From an uncultured bacterium (GTDB lineage Bacteria; Fermentibacterota; Fermentibacteria; Fermentibacterales; JCC-6): a stretch of DNA of 64,000 nt. The stretch covers positions 7,154 through 71,153 of the forward strand of contig CAZSKU010000003.1 of NCBI GenBank assembly GCA_964607515.1. The letters run 5' to 3'. The notes under the pieces are model-generated. The model did no database searches. It worked only from the letters and a program-made list of their open reading frames with translations, and was not told the origin of the DNA. Numbering within the stretch: position 1 is the first letter of the stretch; each line of letters starts with the position of its first letter. Made by a program: the position numbers and the translations under genes. Shown here one piece after another: positions 1-8,144 of the stretch.

Positions 1-3
1 GAG

Positions 4-1014
4 GTGGAGGCCTTGCGCCGGGAACTACAGGGAAAGCACAGCATCGGTGGCATGGACAGCAGAAGCCCTTTGATGCAGCGGATTTTCGAAGTGCTGCCCG
101 CGGTGGCCGCCAGCCCCAGCACGGTGCTCATTCTTGGAGAGACAGGGACAGGGAAGGAGGTTCTGGCCAGAACCATCCACTCCCTGGGCCCCAGGAACGG
201 AGGCCCCTTCGTGGCGGTAAACTGCGGCGCGCTTCCGGACACGCTTCTGGAATCGGAGCTGTTCGGATACAAGGCCGGCGCCTTTACCGGGGCGGTGAGG
301 GACAAGCCCGGGCGTTTCGCCGCAGCCCGGAAGGGCACCCTGTTCCTGGACGAAATCGGAGAGGTCAGCCCGGCCCTTCAGGTCCGGCTTCTCAGGGTTC
401 TTCAGGAAAAGACCTTCGAGCCCCTGGGATCGGTGGCCCCGGAGACCTCCGACGCCAGAATCATGGCCGCCACCAACTGCGATCTTCGCGAGAAGATGAT
501 CCTGGGGGCTTTCCGGGAGGACCTGTACTACAGGATCAACGTGGTCAGGCTGGAACTTCCCCCCCTCCGGAACCGGAGGGAGGACATTCCTCTGCTGGTG
601 TCCAGGTTCGTGGAGAAGTTCAATCTTCTCCAGGACAGGCATGTCTCGGGGATATCCCCGGAGACCCTGTCCCTTTTCATGGCCCATGACTGGCCCGGGA
701 ACATCCGGGAGCTGGAGAACGTCGTCGAGAGGGCCTTCATCCTGTGCGGCGACGGCCCCATAGGAATCGAACACCTCCCCGGGGAGATGAGGGAGCAGCT
801 TTCCCTCCCTTCCCCTTCTCCCGGAAGCGTCAGGGCGCACCAGATCCTGGACGCATCCCTGATAAGAGCCGCCCTGGACAGGAACCGGCAGAACCGGGAC
901 GCCGCCGCCAGGGAACTGGGAATCCACAGGAGCACCCTGTTCCGGCGGATGAAAAAGCTGGGACTCCTTTCGGAACCGGAAGAGCCGAGGAATAATCCCA
1001 ACGGTAATACGTAG
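4..1014 (+). CDS. Sigma-54-dependent transcriptional activator (NtrC/Fis family); 5' end truncated by the window, so the receiver/sensor domain is missing
   Basis: AAA+ Walker A 'LILGETGTGKEVLARTIH', sigma-54 contact motif 'GAFTGA', Walker B 'LFLDEIGEV', C-terminal Fis-type HTH 'AARELGIHRSTLFRRMKKLGL'. The ORF runs to the window edge. Confidence 0.9.
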   Translation: MEALRRELQGKHSIGGMDSRSPLMQRIFEVLPAVAASPSTVLILGETGTGKEVLARTIHSLGPRNGGPFVAVNCGALPDTLLESELFGYKAGAFTGAVRDKPGRFAAARKGTLFLDEIGEVSPALQVRLLRVLQEKTFEPLGSVAPETSDARIMAATNCDLREKMILGAFREDLYYRINVVRLELPPLRNRREDIPLLVSRFVEKFNLLQDRHVSGISPETLSLFMAHDWPGNIRELENVVERAFILCGDGPIGIEHLPGEMREQLSLPSPSPGSVRAHQILDASLIRAALDRNRQNRDAAARELGIHRSTLFRRMKKLGLLSEPEEPRNNPNGNT

Positions 1015-1041
1015 CATATTCACAACACGTATCGGAGGCAC

Positions 1042-1059
1042 TGTTGCATATGTGCAACA
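1042..1059. promoter_or_regulatory. Inverted repeat TGTTGCA-N4-TGCAACA, a candidate upstream activator sequence for the adjacent sigma-54 activator
   Basis: Perfect 7-bp arms read directly in the sequence. It lies about 90 bp upstream of the putative -24/-12 promoter, with an AT-rich tract between them that could be an IHF bend. Confidence 0.4.
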
Positions 1060-1133
1060 TTACCGATTACCTGCTGCCTGACTAACATCATATTTACCAT
1101 GTTTTTGCGAGGTTTTCTGCTTTCGTCTCATAC

Positions 1134-1149
1134 TGGCAATCTTCGTGCT
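1134..1149 (+). promoter_or_regulatory. Putative sigma-54 (-24/-12) promoter TGGCAatcttcgTGCt
   Basis: GG and GC dinucleotides sit at the canonical spacing (TGGCA-N8-GC) about 25 bp upstream of the ATG at 1175. It follows a sigma-54 activator gene. Confidence 0.45.
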
Positions 1150-1174
1150 ATCTCAATTGCGGGAGGACAGGGTT

Positions 1175-1732
1175 ATGAAAGCGGCCTTCGCCGTCTGGGA
1201 AAACAGGATCGCACCGGTCTTCGACGTGGCCCGGAGGGCATGCATCGTGGAATCCGGAGTTGACAGGGCTCCCGGAAGGGAAACCGTCGAACTTCCCGAG
1301 GGACATCCCTCCGGGAAGGCCGACTTCCTGGCGGACCGCCGGGTTGAGACCCTGGTGTGCGGCGCCGTGACCAGGCCCGCCCTCTGGTTCCTGGCCTCCC
1401 GCGGCATCCAGGTGATCGCCTTCGTGGCGGGCGACCTGGAGAAGGTCATAGGGGCATGGCTGGAGGGAAAGTTATCCCTGGACGAGGCCTTCCTGATGCC
1501 CGGTTGCTGCGGTAACCGACGAAGGGGAAAAACGGAAGGGCTCCCCGGCGCCTGCCGCGGCGGCATGGGCGCAAGAAGAATCGGAGGGCCGGGGGCCGGA
1601 AGGCGTTCCGGCGGATGCGTCTGCCCGGTCTGCGGGCACCGTGAGTTTCTGATGCCCGGCGTGCCCTGCGGATCGAGGGAGTGTCCGGTATGCGGCGCTC
1701 CCATGACGAAAAACATGGAAGGGAGGCATTGA
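1175..1732 (+). CDS. NifX/NifB-C-terminal-like dinitrogenase FeMo-cofactor-binding-domain protein (COG1433-type) with a C-terminal Cys-rich CxxC tail
   Basis: ATG preceded by GGGAGGA at 7 nt. N-terminal ~110 aa resemble the NifX/NafY/NifB-C-term fold ('AFAVWENRIAPVFDVAR', 'LVCGAV', 'IQVI'). C-terminal 'CVCPVCGH...CGSRECPVCGAP' looks like a zinc ribbon. Confidence 0.75.
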   Translation: MKAAFAVWENRIAPVFDVARRACIVESGVDRAPGRETVELPEGHPSGKADFLADRRVETLVCGAVTRPALWFLASRGIQVIAFVAGDLEKVIGAWLEGKLSLDEAFLMPGCCGNRRRGKTEGLPGACRGGMGARRIGGPGAGRRSGGCVCPVCGHREFLMPGVPCGSRECPVCGAPMTKNMEGRH

Positions 1733-1733
1733 T

Positions 1734-2021
1734 ATGCCCAGAGGAGACGGAACGGGACCCAACGGAATGGGTGCCATGACAGGACGCAGGATGGGATTCT
1801 GCGCCGGTTTCTCCCTCCCCGGGTTCTCAAATCGGGGCGGATTCGGAGGAATGGGTGCGGGAAGGGGACGGGGCTGGTTACAGGCCTGGCCTGCGCAGCA
1901 GGCGGTCCCGACCCCCGAGGCCGAGAGAAACTACCTCAACAGCCGCGCCGACTCGCTGCAGGCGGAACTCGACTCGATCAGGAAACGCCTCTCCGCGATC
2001 GAGAAAGGGGAAACCTCCTAG
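1734..2021 (+). CDS. DUF5320-like small protein (Gly/Arg-rich N-terminus, C-terminal coiled coil)
   Basis: 'GRRMGFCAGFSLPGFSNRGGFGGMGAGRGRG' followed by 'LQAELDSIRKRLSAIEK'. Start follows the upstream stop by 1 nt with GGGAGG before the ATG. DUF5320 is commonly found next to NifX-like and MinD-ferredoxin ATPase genes. Confidence 0.7.
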   Translation: MPRGDGTGPNGMGAMTGRRMGFCAGFSLPGFSNRGGFGGMGAGRGRGWLQAWPAQQAVPTPEAERNYLNSRADSLQAELDSIRKRLSAIEKGETS

Positions 2022-2076
2022 GACGCGGCCCGAACCGCCCCGGGCGACCGGGGCGGTTCCACATGAAAGGACTACT

Positions 2077-2439
2077 TTGAAAATCGCCTTCACAACCTCC
2101 GGCAGAACCCTCGACTCGCTTCTGGACCCCCGGTTCGGAAGGGCTCCCGGGTTTCTCATCTATGACACCGACGGTGGCTCGGTGGAGTACATCTCCAACA
2201 TTCAGAACTTCAATGCGGTCCAGGGCGCCGGCACCCAGTCGGCCCAGAACCTGGGCAGCGCCGGGGTTTCCGCGGTGGTTACCGGGCACTGCGGCCCCAA
2301 GGCCTTCAGCGTTCTTGCCCGGGCGGGGATCAAGGTCTACAACACGGGCCTCGCCACCGTGGCCGAGGCTCTGGAAGCCCTTCAGTCGGGCGGGTTGTCT
2401 CCCGCTGGGGGGCCTGACAGGGAGAGCCACTGGCAATGA
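2077..2439 (+). CDS. NifX/NifB-C-terminal-like FeMo-cofactor-binding-domain protein (TTG start inferred)
   Basis: 'KIAFTTSG...LDPRFGRAPGFLIYDTDGG...VVTGHCGPKAFSVLARAGIKVY' is the typical COG1433 fold. AAAGGA lies 5 nt before the TTG at 2077. The only in-frame ATG is far upstream, inside the preceding gene. Confidence 0.7.
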   Translation: MKIAFTTSGRTLDSLLDPRFGRAPGFLIYDTDGGSVEYISNIQNFNAVQGAGTQSAQNLGSAGVSAVVTGHCGPKAFSVLARAGIKVYNTGLATVAEALEALQSGGLSPAGGPDRESHWQ

Positions 2440-2729
2440 ACCGATGGACCGCGCGGCACCGGGAGTACCTGGCCCTCCTCGAAGAGCTCCGTCGGATAGC
2501 CGCCGGGGAGGGGCTGGTGCTGAACCCGGACAGCGAGAGGCTTGAAAAGGTTGTGGGTCTCATGACCGAGAACCTTGCCCTGACCGGTGGCAGGTTCTGC
2601 CCGTGCAAGCAGTCGCATCCCCTGAACACCGATACCGACACCACCTGCCCATGCCCGGAATGGAAGGAAGAGATCGGCTCCCTGGGACACTGCTTGTGCC
2701 GGCTCTTCTACCGGAGGCAGTCCGTATGA
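2436..2729 (+). CDS. Ferredoxin-thioredoxin reductase catalytic-subunit-like protein (FtrB-like)
   Basis: CPC...CPC...C-x-C cysteine arrangement ('CPCKQSHPLNTDTDTTCPCPEWKEEIGSLGHCLC') typical of the FTR catalytic chain. ATGA overlap with the upstream stop. Confidence 0.65.
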   Translation: MNRWTARHREYLALLEELRRIAAGEGLVLNPDSERLEKVVGLMTENLALTGGRFCPCKQSHPLNTDTDTTCPCPEWKEEIGSLGHCLCRLFYRRQSV

Positions 2730-3556
2730 AGCTGGCGGTGGCTTCAGGCAAGGGCGGCACAGGCAAAACAACGGTGGCGGTGAACCTTGCCCGGTGCTGG
2801 AACGGCCCTATCCAGCTGCTTGACTGCGATGTAGAGGCGCCGAACGCGGGGCTCTTCCTCGAAGGTGACCTGCTGCTGACCGAGACCGCCGGAGTACCGG
2901 TTCCCGTGGTGGACGAATCGCTGTGCACGGGCTGCGGCATCTGCTCCGCCTTCTGCGAGTACAACGCCATCGCCTGCGCCGGAGGCTCAGCCATGGTTTT
3001 TCCGGAGATGTGTCACGGGTGCGGTGGGTGCGCCCTGGTCTGCCCCGAAAGGGCCATCAAGGAAACGGACCACCGGATCGGAGTGGTCGAGACCCTCAGG
3101 TCCGGAAGCATCACCCTGATCCGGGGCAGGCTGGACGTCGGGGCGGCCATGGCCCCGCCCCTCATCCGTAAGGTGAAACTCATGGCCTCCCCGGAACTCC
3201 CCTGCATCATCGACTGTCCTCCGGGAACCTCGTGCCCGGTGATCGCCGCCATGAAGGGATCCGACAGGGTACTGCTGGTCACGGAGCCCACTCCCTTCGG
3301 CCTGAACGACCTGAAACTGGCGGTGGAAACGGTGAAGGAACTGGGCATACCCTTCGGTGTGGTGCTGAACCGGTCAGGCTCCGGAGACGGCAGGGTACAG
3401 GAGTTCTGCTCCTCAAGAAACATACCCCTTCTCGTGGAAATACCCGACGACCGGCGCTACGCCGAGGCCTACTCCCGGGGTGAACTCCTGGTGGACTCCT
3501 TTCCCGGGCTCAGGGACCTGTTCGTCGGGCTTCTGGTGGAACTGGAGAAACCATGA
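2726..3556 (+). CDS. MinD/Mrp-superfamily P-loop ATPase with inserted double 4Fe-4S ferredoxin domain (COG1149-type)
   Basis: Deviant Walker A 'ASGKGGTGKTTVAVNLA', two CxxCxxC...CP ferredoxin motifs ('CTGCGICSAFCEYNAI', 'CHGCGGCALVCPERAI'), ParA-like C-terminal half. ATGA overlap with the upstream gene. Confidence 0.85.
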   Translation: MKLAVASGKGGTGKTTVAVNLARCWNGPIQLLDCDVEAPNAGLFLEGDLLLTETAGVPVPVVDESLCTGCGICSAFCEYNAIACAGGSAMVFPEMCHGCGGCALVCPERAIKETDHRIGVVETLRSGSITLIRGRLDVGAAMAPPLIRKVKLMASPELPCIIDCPPGTSCPVIAAMKGSDRVLLVTEPTPFGLNDLKLAVETVKELGIPFGVVLNRSGSGDGRVQEFCSSRNIPLLVEIPDDRRYAEAYSRGELLVDSFPGLRDLFVGLLVELEKP

Positions 3557-4434
3557 TTCGCGAGCTGGTGGTCATCAGCGGCAAGGGCGGCACGGGAAAA
3601 ACAAGCGTTGCCGCTTCCCTGGCGGTTCTGGCGGAAAGACCCCTGGTGGCCGACTGCGACGTGGACGCCGCGGACCTGCACCTGCTTCTGGCCCCCCGGG
3701 AGAGGGAAGGCCACGCTTTCGAGAGCGGAAGACTGGCGGTAATCCGGGGAGAGGACTGCACCGGGTGCGGCAAGTGCATGGATCTTTGCCGGTACGGGGC
3801 GGTGGGCCGGGTGGTCACCGCCCCGGGAGACACCGTGTACTTCGTGGACTCCCACGGTTGCGAAGGGTGCGGAGTCTGCGTGCGCTTCTGTCCCGCCGAA
3901 GCCATAGATTTCCCTGTGCGTGTCTGCGGCCGGTGGATGATCTCGGACACCCGGGTGGGCCCCATGGTCCACGCCCGTCTGGGAATCGCCGCGGAGAATT
4001 CGGGAAAGCTCGTTTCCCTGGTGAGGAGGGAGGCCATGAGGCTGGCCCGGGAGGAGGACAGGGGGCTGGTGATCGTCGACGGCCCTCCCGGAGTGGGCTG
4101 CCCGGTGATAGCTTCCCTGACCGGCGCCCATCGGGCGCTGCTGGTGACGGAGCCAACCGTTTCCGGCGAACACGACCTGAGAAGAGCCCTGGAACTGACC
4201 TCTCACTTCGGGATCCCCTCCCATGTCGTAGTAAACAAGTGGGACCTGAACCCGGACATGACAAGGCGGATAGAAACGGCGGCCCGGGAAGCCGGAGCCC
4301 TTCCGGCGGGCAGGATAAGGTACGATTCAGGGGTCACCAGGGCTCAGGTGGCGGGATTGACTCCCGTTGAGGCAGAAACACAGTGCGCCGCCGATATAGT
4401 GGATGTATGGAAAACACTGGACCTGGAACCGTAA
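3553..4434 (+). CDS. Second MinD/Mrp-superfamily ATPase with inserted 4Fe-4S ferredoxin domain (paralog of the preceding gene)
   Basis: 'ISGKGGTGKTSVAASLA', 'CTGCGKCMDLCRYGAV', 'CEGCGVCVRFCPAEAI'. ATGA overlap with the upstream gene. Confidence 0.85.
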   Translation: MIRELVVISGKGGTGKTSVAASLAVLAERPLVADCDVDAADLHLLLAPREREGHAFESGRLAVIRGEDCTGCGKCMDLCRYGAVGRVVTAPGDTVYFVDSHGCEGCGVCVRFCPAEAIDFPVRVCGRWMISDTRVGPMVHARLGIAAENSGKLVSLVRREAMRLAREEDRGLVIVDGPPGVGCPVIASLTGAHRALLVTEPTVSGEHDLRRALELTSHFGIPSHVVVNKWDLNPDMTRRIETAAREAGALPAGRIRYDSGVTRAQVAGLTPVEAETQCAADIVDVWKTLDLEP

Positions 4435-4450
4435 CAATGGAGGATTCGCC

Positions 4451-4789
4451 ATGAAGATAGCCGTACCCCTGGCCGAAGGCCGGCTCGCACTGCATTTCGG
4501 ACACTGCGAGGCTTTCGCCCTTCTGGACGCCGACCCGGCCACCGGAACCGTCACCGGCAGGCAGGATCTTCCGGCCCCCCCCCATCAGCCCGGCCTTCTT
4601 CCCCCATGGCTGGCGGAGAGGGGAGCAGAGATGATTATAGCCGGAGGCATGGGTCAGAGGGCACAGGACCTGTTCCTGGCCCACGGCATCAGGGTGCTGG
4701 TGGGAGCCCCCAGGGAGACTCCCGAAGAGCTGGCGGAATCTTATCTTAGGGGAACCCTGAGTCTCGGCGGAAATGCCTGCGACCACTGA
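4451..4789 (+). CDS. NifX/NifB-C-terminal-like FeMo-cofactor-binding-domain protein (third copy)
   Basis: 'MKIAVPLAEGRLALHFGHCEAFALLD...MIIAGGMGQRAQDLFLAHGIRVLVG'. GGAGGA lies 7 nt upstream of the ATG at 4451. Confidence 0.75.
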   Translation: MKIAVPLAEGRLALHFGHCEAFALLDADPATGTVTGRQDLPAPPHQPGLLPPWLAERGAEMIIAGGMGQRAQDLFLAHGIRVLVGAPRETPEELAESYLRGTLSLGGNACDH

Positions 4790-5189
4790 GCCCCTGGCTT
4801 TCCCTGGACACAGCCACTGCCTCTTCTGCGGGGAGTTGAACCCCCATTCCCTGAGGCTTGTTTTCAGAGCCAGCGACGACGGGGCAGTGGAAACGGAGTT
4901 CACGGCCCCGGAGACCCTGCAGGGCTACGACGGCATGGTTCACGGAGGGATCCTGGCCTCCCTGATGGACGCCGCCATGACCCACTGCCTCTTTCATCTG
5001 GGAATACGGGCCTACACAGGGGACCTGCGGGTCAGGTTCCTCCGCCCGGTGCCCTGGGGCAGGCGGCTGGCGATACGTGCCGCCAGGAGAGCCTCCCGCG
5101 GGCCCGTTCACCGGCTTGAATCGGAGATATGGGAGGGCGGCGAAATGATGGCCAGAGCCTCGGCCACCTTCATGGAGAGCATGTCCTAG
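4773..5189 (+). CDS. PaaI/hotdog-fold thioesterase
   Basis: 'MVHGGILASLMDAAM...GDLRVRFLRPV' is the hotdog thioesterase signature. Its start overlaps the upstream gene by 17 nt. Confidence 0.7.
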   Translation: MPATTEPLAFPGHSHCLFCGELNPHSLRLVFRASDDGAVETEFTAPETLQGYDGMVHGGILASLMDAAMTHCLFHLGIRAYTGDLRVRFLRPVPWGRRLAIRAARRASRGPVHRLESEIWEGGEMMARASATFMESMS

Positions 5190-5233
5190 AACGGCTGCGA
5201 GTGAATTTCGTGATCGGCGGGGAACCGGTCGCC

Positions 5234-5262
5234 TTGACTATCTTTCCATAAAGACATATATT
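5234..5262 (+). promoter_or_regulatory. Sigma-70-type promoter TTGACT-N17-TATATT, overlapping an AT-rich imperfect palindrome that is the likely ArsR operator
   Basis: -35 TTGACT at 5234-5239, 17-nt spacer, -10 TATATT at 5257-5262. 'ATATATTTGTATATATGTATA' runs from 5256 to 5276. This is the only AT-rich island in a GC-rich region and sits ~30 bp upstream of arsR. Confidence 0.55.
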
Positions 5263-5292
5263 TGTATATATGTATAGACGAAAGGATCTGCC

Positions 5293-5646
5293 ATGGAAAG
5301 AGATGCGGGGGTTCTCAAGGCCCTCTCGGAGCCCGTAAGGCTGAAACTGACCGCCCTGCTGGCGGTTGCCGGGGAAACCTGCGTCTGCAGACTCGCAGAG
5401 GCCCTGGACCTCCCCTGCAGCACGATTTCCCGTCATCTGCGGATACTGCGCTCCGAAAACCTTGTGAAGGCACGAAGAGAGGGAACCTGGATGCATTACA
5501 GTCCGGCGGAATCCACGGAAGGCGTATTTCCGCTCCTTCTCTCCTATTTCAGGAACCGGGCGCCGGAAATGCCGGGGATGAAGACCGTGCTCGAAAGGCT
5601 CGAAGGGAATTCCTGCAAGCCACCCCGGACGGCGCAAAATGGCTGA
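5293..5646 (+). CDS. arsR: ArsR/SmtB-family metalloregulatory repressor
   Basis: '[16 protein letters not shown]...[42 protein letters not shown]' is the winged HTH with a Cys pair in the metal site. Directly upstream of acr3. Confidence 0.85.
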   Translation: MERDAGVLKALSEPVRLKLTALLAVAGETCVCRLAEALDLPCSTISRHLRILRSENLVKARREGTWMHYSPAESTEGVFPLLLSYFRNRAPEMPGMKTVLERLEGNSCKPPRTAQNG

Positions 5647-6802
5647 GAGAAGAATGAGCAACCCCTTCGAAAGGTACCTTACCCTGTGGGTGTCTCTGTG
5701 TATCATCGCCGGTATCATGCTGGGCAAGGCCGCTCCCGGTCTGGCTGCGAGCCTCGATTCCATGGCCCTGACCGTGAACGGCGCCCCGGTGGTCTCTATC
5801 CCCATTGCAGTCTGCCTTTTCCTGATGATGTACCCCATCATGGTTAAAATCGACTTCACCCGAGCGCTCAGAACCGGAGGCAATGCGAAGCCGGTGTTGC
5901 TAACCCTCTTCATCAACTGGTGTGTGAAACCCTTCACCATGTACGGCATAGCGCTTCTTTTCCTTGGATTGCTCTTCAAGCCTCTCATCGGCGTTGAAGC
6001 CACCGACATCGTAAAGCTGCCCTTCGGCCTGGATCTCCCCGCGGGCGCCGTACACGGCGCTGGAACGGTGGTTCTGAGGGAAGGGGTTCCCATGCTGGAA
6101 ATCCCTCTCTGGAGAAGCTATCTGGCGGGGGCGATCCTTCTGGGAATCGCCCCCTGCACCGCCATGGTTCTTGTCTGGAACTACCTCGCGGAAGGCAACG
6201 ACGGTCTGACCCTCATCATGGTGGCTGTGAACTCCCTGACCATGCTCCTCCTCTATGGAGTTCTCGGGGGGTTCCTGCTGGGTGTGGGCCGTCTGCCGGT
6301 TCCCTGGCAAGCTCTTCTGCTGTCCATCGGCGTGTATGTCGCCCTGCCCCTGGCTGCGGGATACCTATCCAGAAAATGGATAATCGCCTCAAAAGGCATG
6401 GCATGGTTCGAAACAAGGTTCCTCAACTTGCTGACTCCGGTCACCGTCGGAGCCCTTCTTCTGACCCTGGTTCTTCTATTCAGCTTCAAGGGAGAGGTCA
6501 TCCTGGACAATCCTCTAACCATCCTGTGGATTGCGGTACCTTTGTTCATCCAGACCGTCATGATTTTCGGTCTGGGCTACTGGCTGGCCAGGCGGCTCCG
6601 ACTGTCCTACGCCGATGCGGCCCCTGCGGCGATGATCGGAGCCTCGAATCACTTCGAAGTGGCAATCGCGACGTCCACCATGCTTTTCGGTCTGTCCTCG
6701 GGAGCAGCTCTCGCAACCGTCGTGGGGGTTCTGATCGAAGTACCCGTTATGCTCCTTCTAGTAAGGTTCTGTCTTCGGACGAGAAACCTGTTCCGCCGAT
6801 GA
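5639..6802 (+). CDS. acr3: ACR3-family arsenite efflux permease
   Basis: About 10 TM segments, '[11 protein letters not shown]' and the conserved ACR3 cysteine in '[13 protein letters not shown]'. Overlaps the arsR stop by 8 nt. Confidence 0.9.
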   Translation: MAERRMSNPFERYLTLWVSLCIIAGIMLGKAAPGLAASLDSMALTVNGAPVVSIPIAVCLFLMMYPIMVKIDFTRALRTGGNAKPVLLTLFINWCVKPFTMYGIALLFLGLLFKPLIGVEATDIVKLPFGLDLPAGAVHGAGTVVLREGVPMLEIPLWRSYLAGAILLGIAPCTAMVLVWNYLAEGNDGLTLIMVAVNSLTMLLLYGVLGGFLLGVGRLPVPWQALLLSIGVYVALPLAAGYLSRKWIIASKGMAWFETRFLNLLTPVTVGALLLTLVLLFSFKGEVILDNPLTILWIAVPLFIQTVMIFGLGYWLARRLRLSYADAAPAAMIGASNHFEVAIATSTMLFGLSSGAALATVVGVLIEVPVMLLLVRFCLRTRNLFRR

Positions 6803-6832
6803 GAAGACAGACGACCTGACCGTTCCGGGGTA

Positions 6833-7702
6833 TTGCGCCGCCTCGGAGGTTTGAGCATACTCCGGCCGGGGAGGAACCCGGAGGGGCAGAAGGGTTGCTT
6901 TCACTTGCCTGACATCTCCCGCGCCGACCATCTTCTCGTGGTGCTGGAAAACCTGTCGGAACCGGTCATCTCCTACGATGATTCCCTTCACATTAACTGG
7001 ATGAACCCCGCAGCGGAGGTGTTCCTCGGGGTCAGCCTGGAGCGGACCCGGGGGCTCTCCTGCGATCAGGTCTTCCCCAGCGGCGCCCCCTGCCGGGACG
7101 ACTGCCCGGTGGCGGACGCTTTCAGGGAATGGCGCATCTCGTCGCTGGTCACCCGGGGGCTATCCCTGGGAGAGCGGCTCGTCACGGCGGTACCCGTGCT
7201 GCACGGACCCGAGGGCAGGAGCGTGCTGGAGATAATACAGTGGCCCTTCATGGAGTACTCCAGGTCGCCGTTTAGAATCAGGGTTCTGGAGGAACTAAAC
7301 GGCGCCTTCGGTCTGGAGGAGGCTGCCGCGGTCATGGTGGAGGCCATGAGGGAGGTGGCCGGCCCGGTGGCGGCGGGGGTATACAGGGAGAACCGGGAAG
7401 GCTACACCCTGGTGAGTGGAACCGGATTGCCCCCCGCGATGGGCAGGATACCACTGTTGGACGACCCTTCCTCCCCCCCCCTCTACACCTCTGCCTCATC
7501 GATCACCGGATGGCCGCAGGACGACCCCTTTCCCGAGGAAGTCTCGGTGCTGCCCCTCTCCAACGGGGAGAGCCCCGGCGGGTTCATGGTCTGCTGCGCC
7601 ATCCCCGACTCCCACGGAAGGGAGAGGCTGGAGGAGCTGCGGGCCGTTATGAACTCAGCCATGCGGAGGCTCCTTCTGGCCGGGGACTGCCGGAGGGTTT
7701 GA
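6833..7702 (+). CDS. Stand-alone PAS/GAF-like sensor-domain protein with no recognisable output domain
   Basis: N-terminal PAS-like segment ('SYDDSLHINWMNPAAEVFLGVSLERTRGLSCDQVF'), then a GAF-like region. The exact start is uncertain. Confidence 0.45.
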   Translation: MRRLGGLSILRPGRNPEGQKGCFHLPDISRADHLLVVLENLSEPVISYDDSLHINWMNPAAEVFLGVSLERTRGLSCDQVFPSGAPCRDDCPVADAFREWRISSLVTRGLSLGERLVTAVPVLHGPEGRSVLEIIQWPFMEYSRSPFRIRVLEELNGAFGLEEAAAVMVEAMREVAGPVAAGVYRENREGYTLVSGTGLPPAMGRIPLLDDPSSPPLYTSASSITGWPQDDPFPEEVSVLPLSNGESPGGFMVCCAIPDSHGRERLEELRAVMNSAMRRLLLAGDCRRV

Positions 7703-7748
7703 GGCAAAAGGAGATATATTCCTTCCTCGATCATCGAAGGGAGGAACA

Positions 7749-8144
7749 GTGGATCTTTCCCCGGCCCTTAACTCCAAAACGGTGGTCACCAGACTGGTGG
7801 AACCCCTGATGTCCGCAGCCGCGTTGGGCTCCGGAAGCCTGGAGGTTCTCTCCACCCCGTGGATGATCGCGATGATGGAGTCCGCCAGCCGCGCCGCGGT
7901 TCAGAAGCACCTTCCGGAAGGCTATACCACGGTGGGCACCCGGGTGGACGTCCGGCACACGGCCCCAGTTTTCGTAGGTGCCGAGGTCACCGTGGAGAGT
8001 AAAGTTGTCGAAATCATCGGCCGGACCCTGCTGTTCCGGGTCGCCGTCCGCCTCGGCGACTTGGAAGTGGGTTCCGGGATTCATGAAAGAGCGGTGGTGA
8101 ACATGGAGAAATTCATGTCCCTCTCCGGGAAAGGCATGTTATGA
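7749..8144 (+). CDS. Hotdog-fold acyl-CoA thioesterase (fluoroacetyl-CoA thioesterase FlK-like family), GTG start
   Basis: 'SGSLEVLSTPWMIAMMESAS...GTRVDVRHTAPVFVGAEVTVESKVVEIIGRTLLFRV'. GGGAGG lies 4 nt before the GTG at 7749. Confidence 0.7.
   Translation: MDLSPALNSKTVVTRLVEPLMSAAALGSGSLEVLSTPWMIAMMESASRAAVQKHLPEGYTTVGTRVDVRHTAPVFVGAEVTVESKVVEIIGRTLLFRVAVRLGDLEVGSGIHERAVVNMEKFMSLSGKGML

Noticed and set aside
4773-5189. PaaI thioesterase as a possibly unrelated gene appended to the Fe-S operon
   Set aside because: It overlaps the upstream NifX-like gene by 17 nt and precedes the ars promoter. It was kept as the last operon member rather than split off, but its functional link to the rest of the operon is uncertain.
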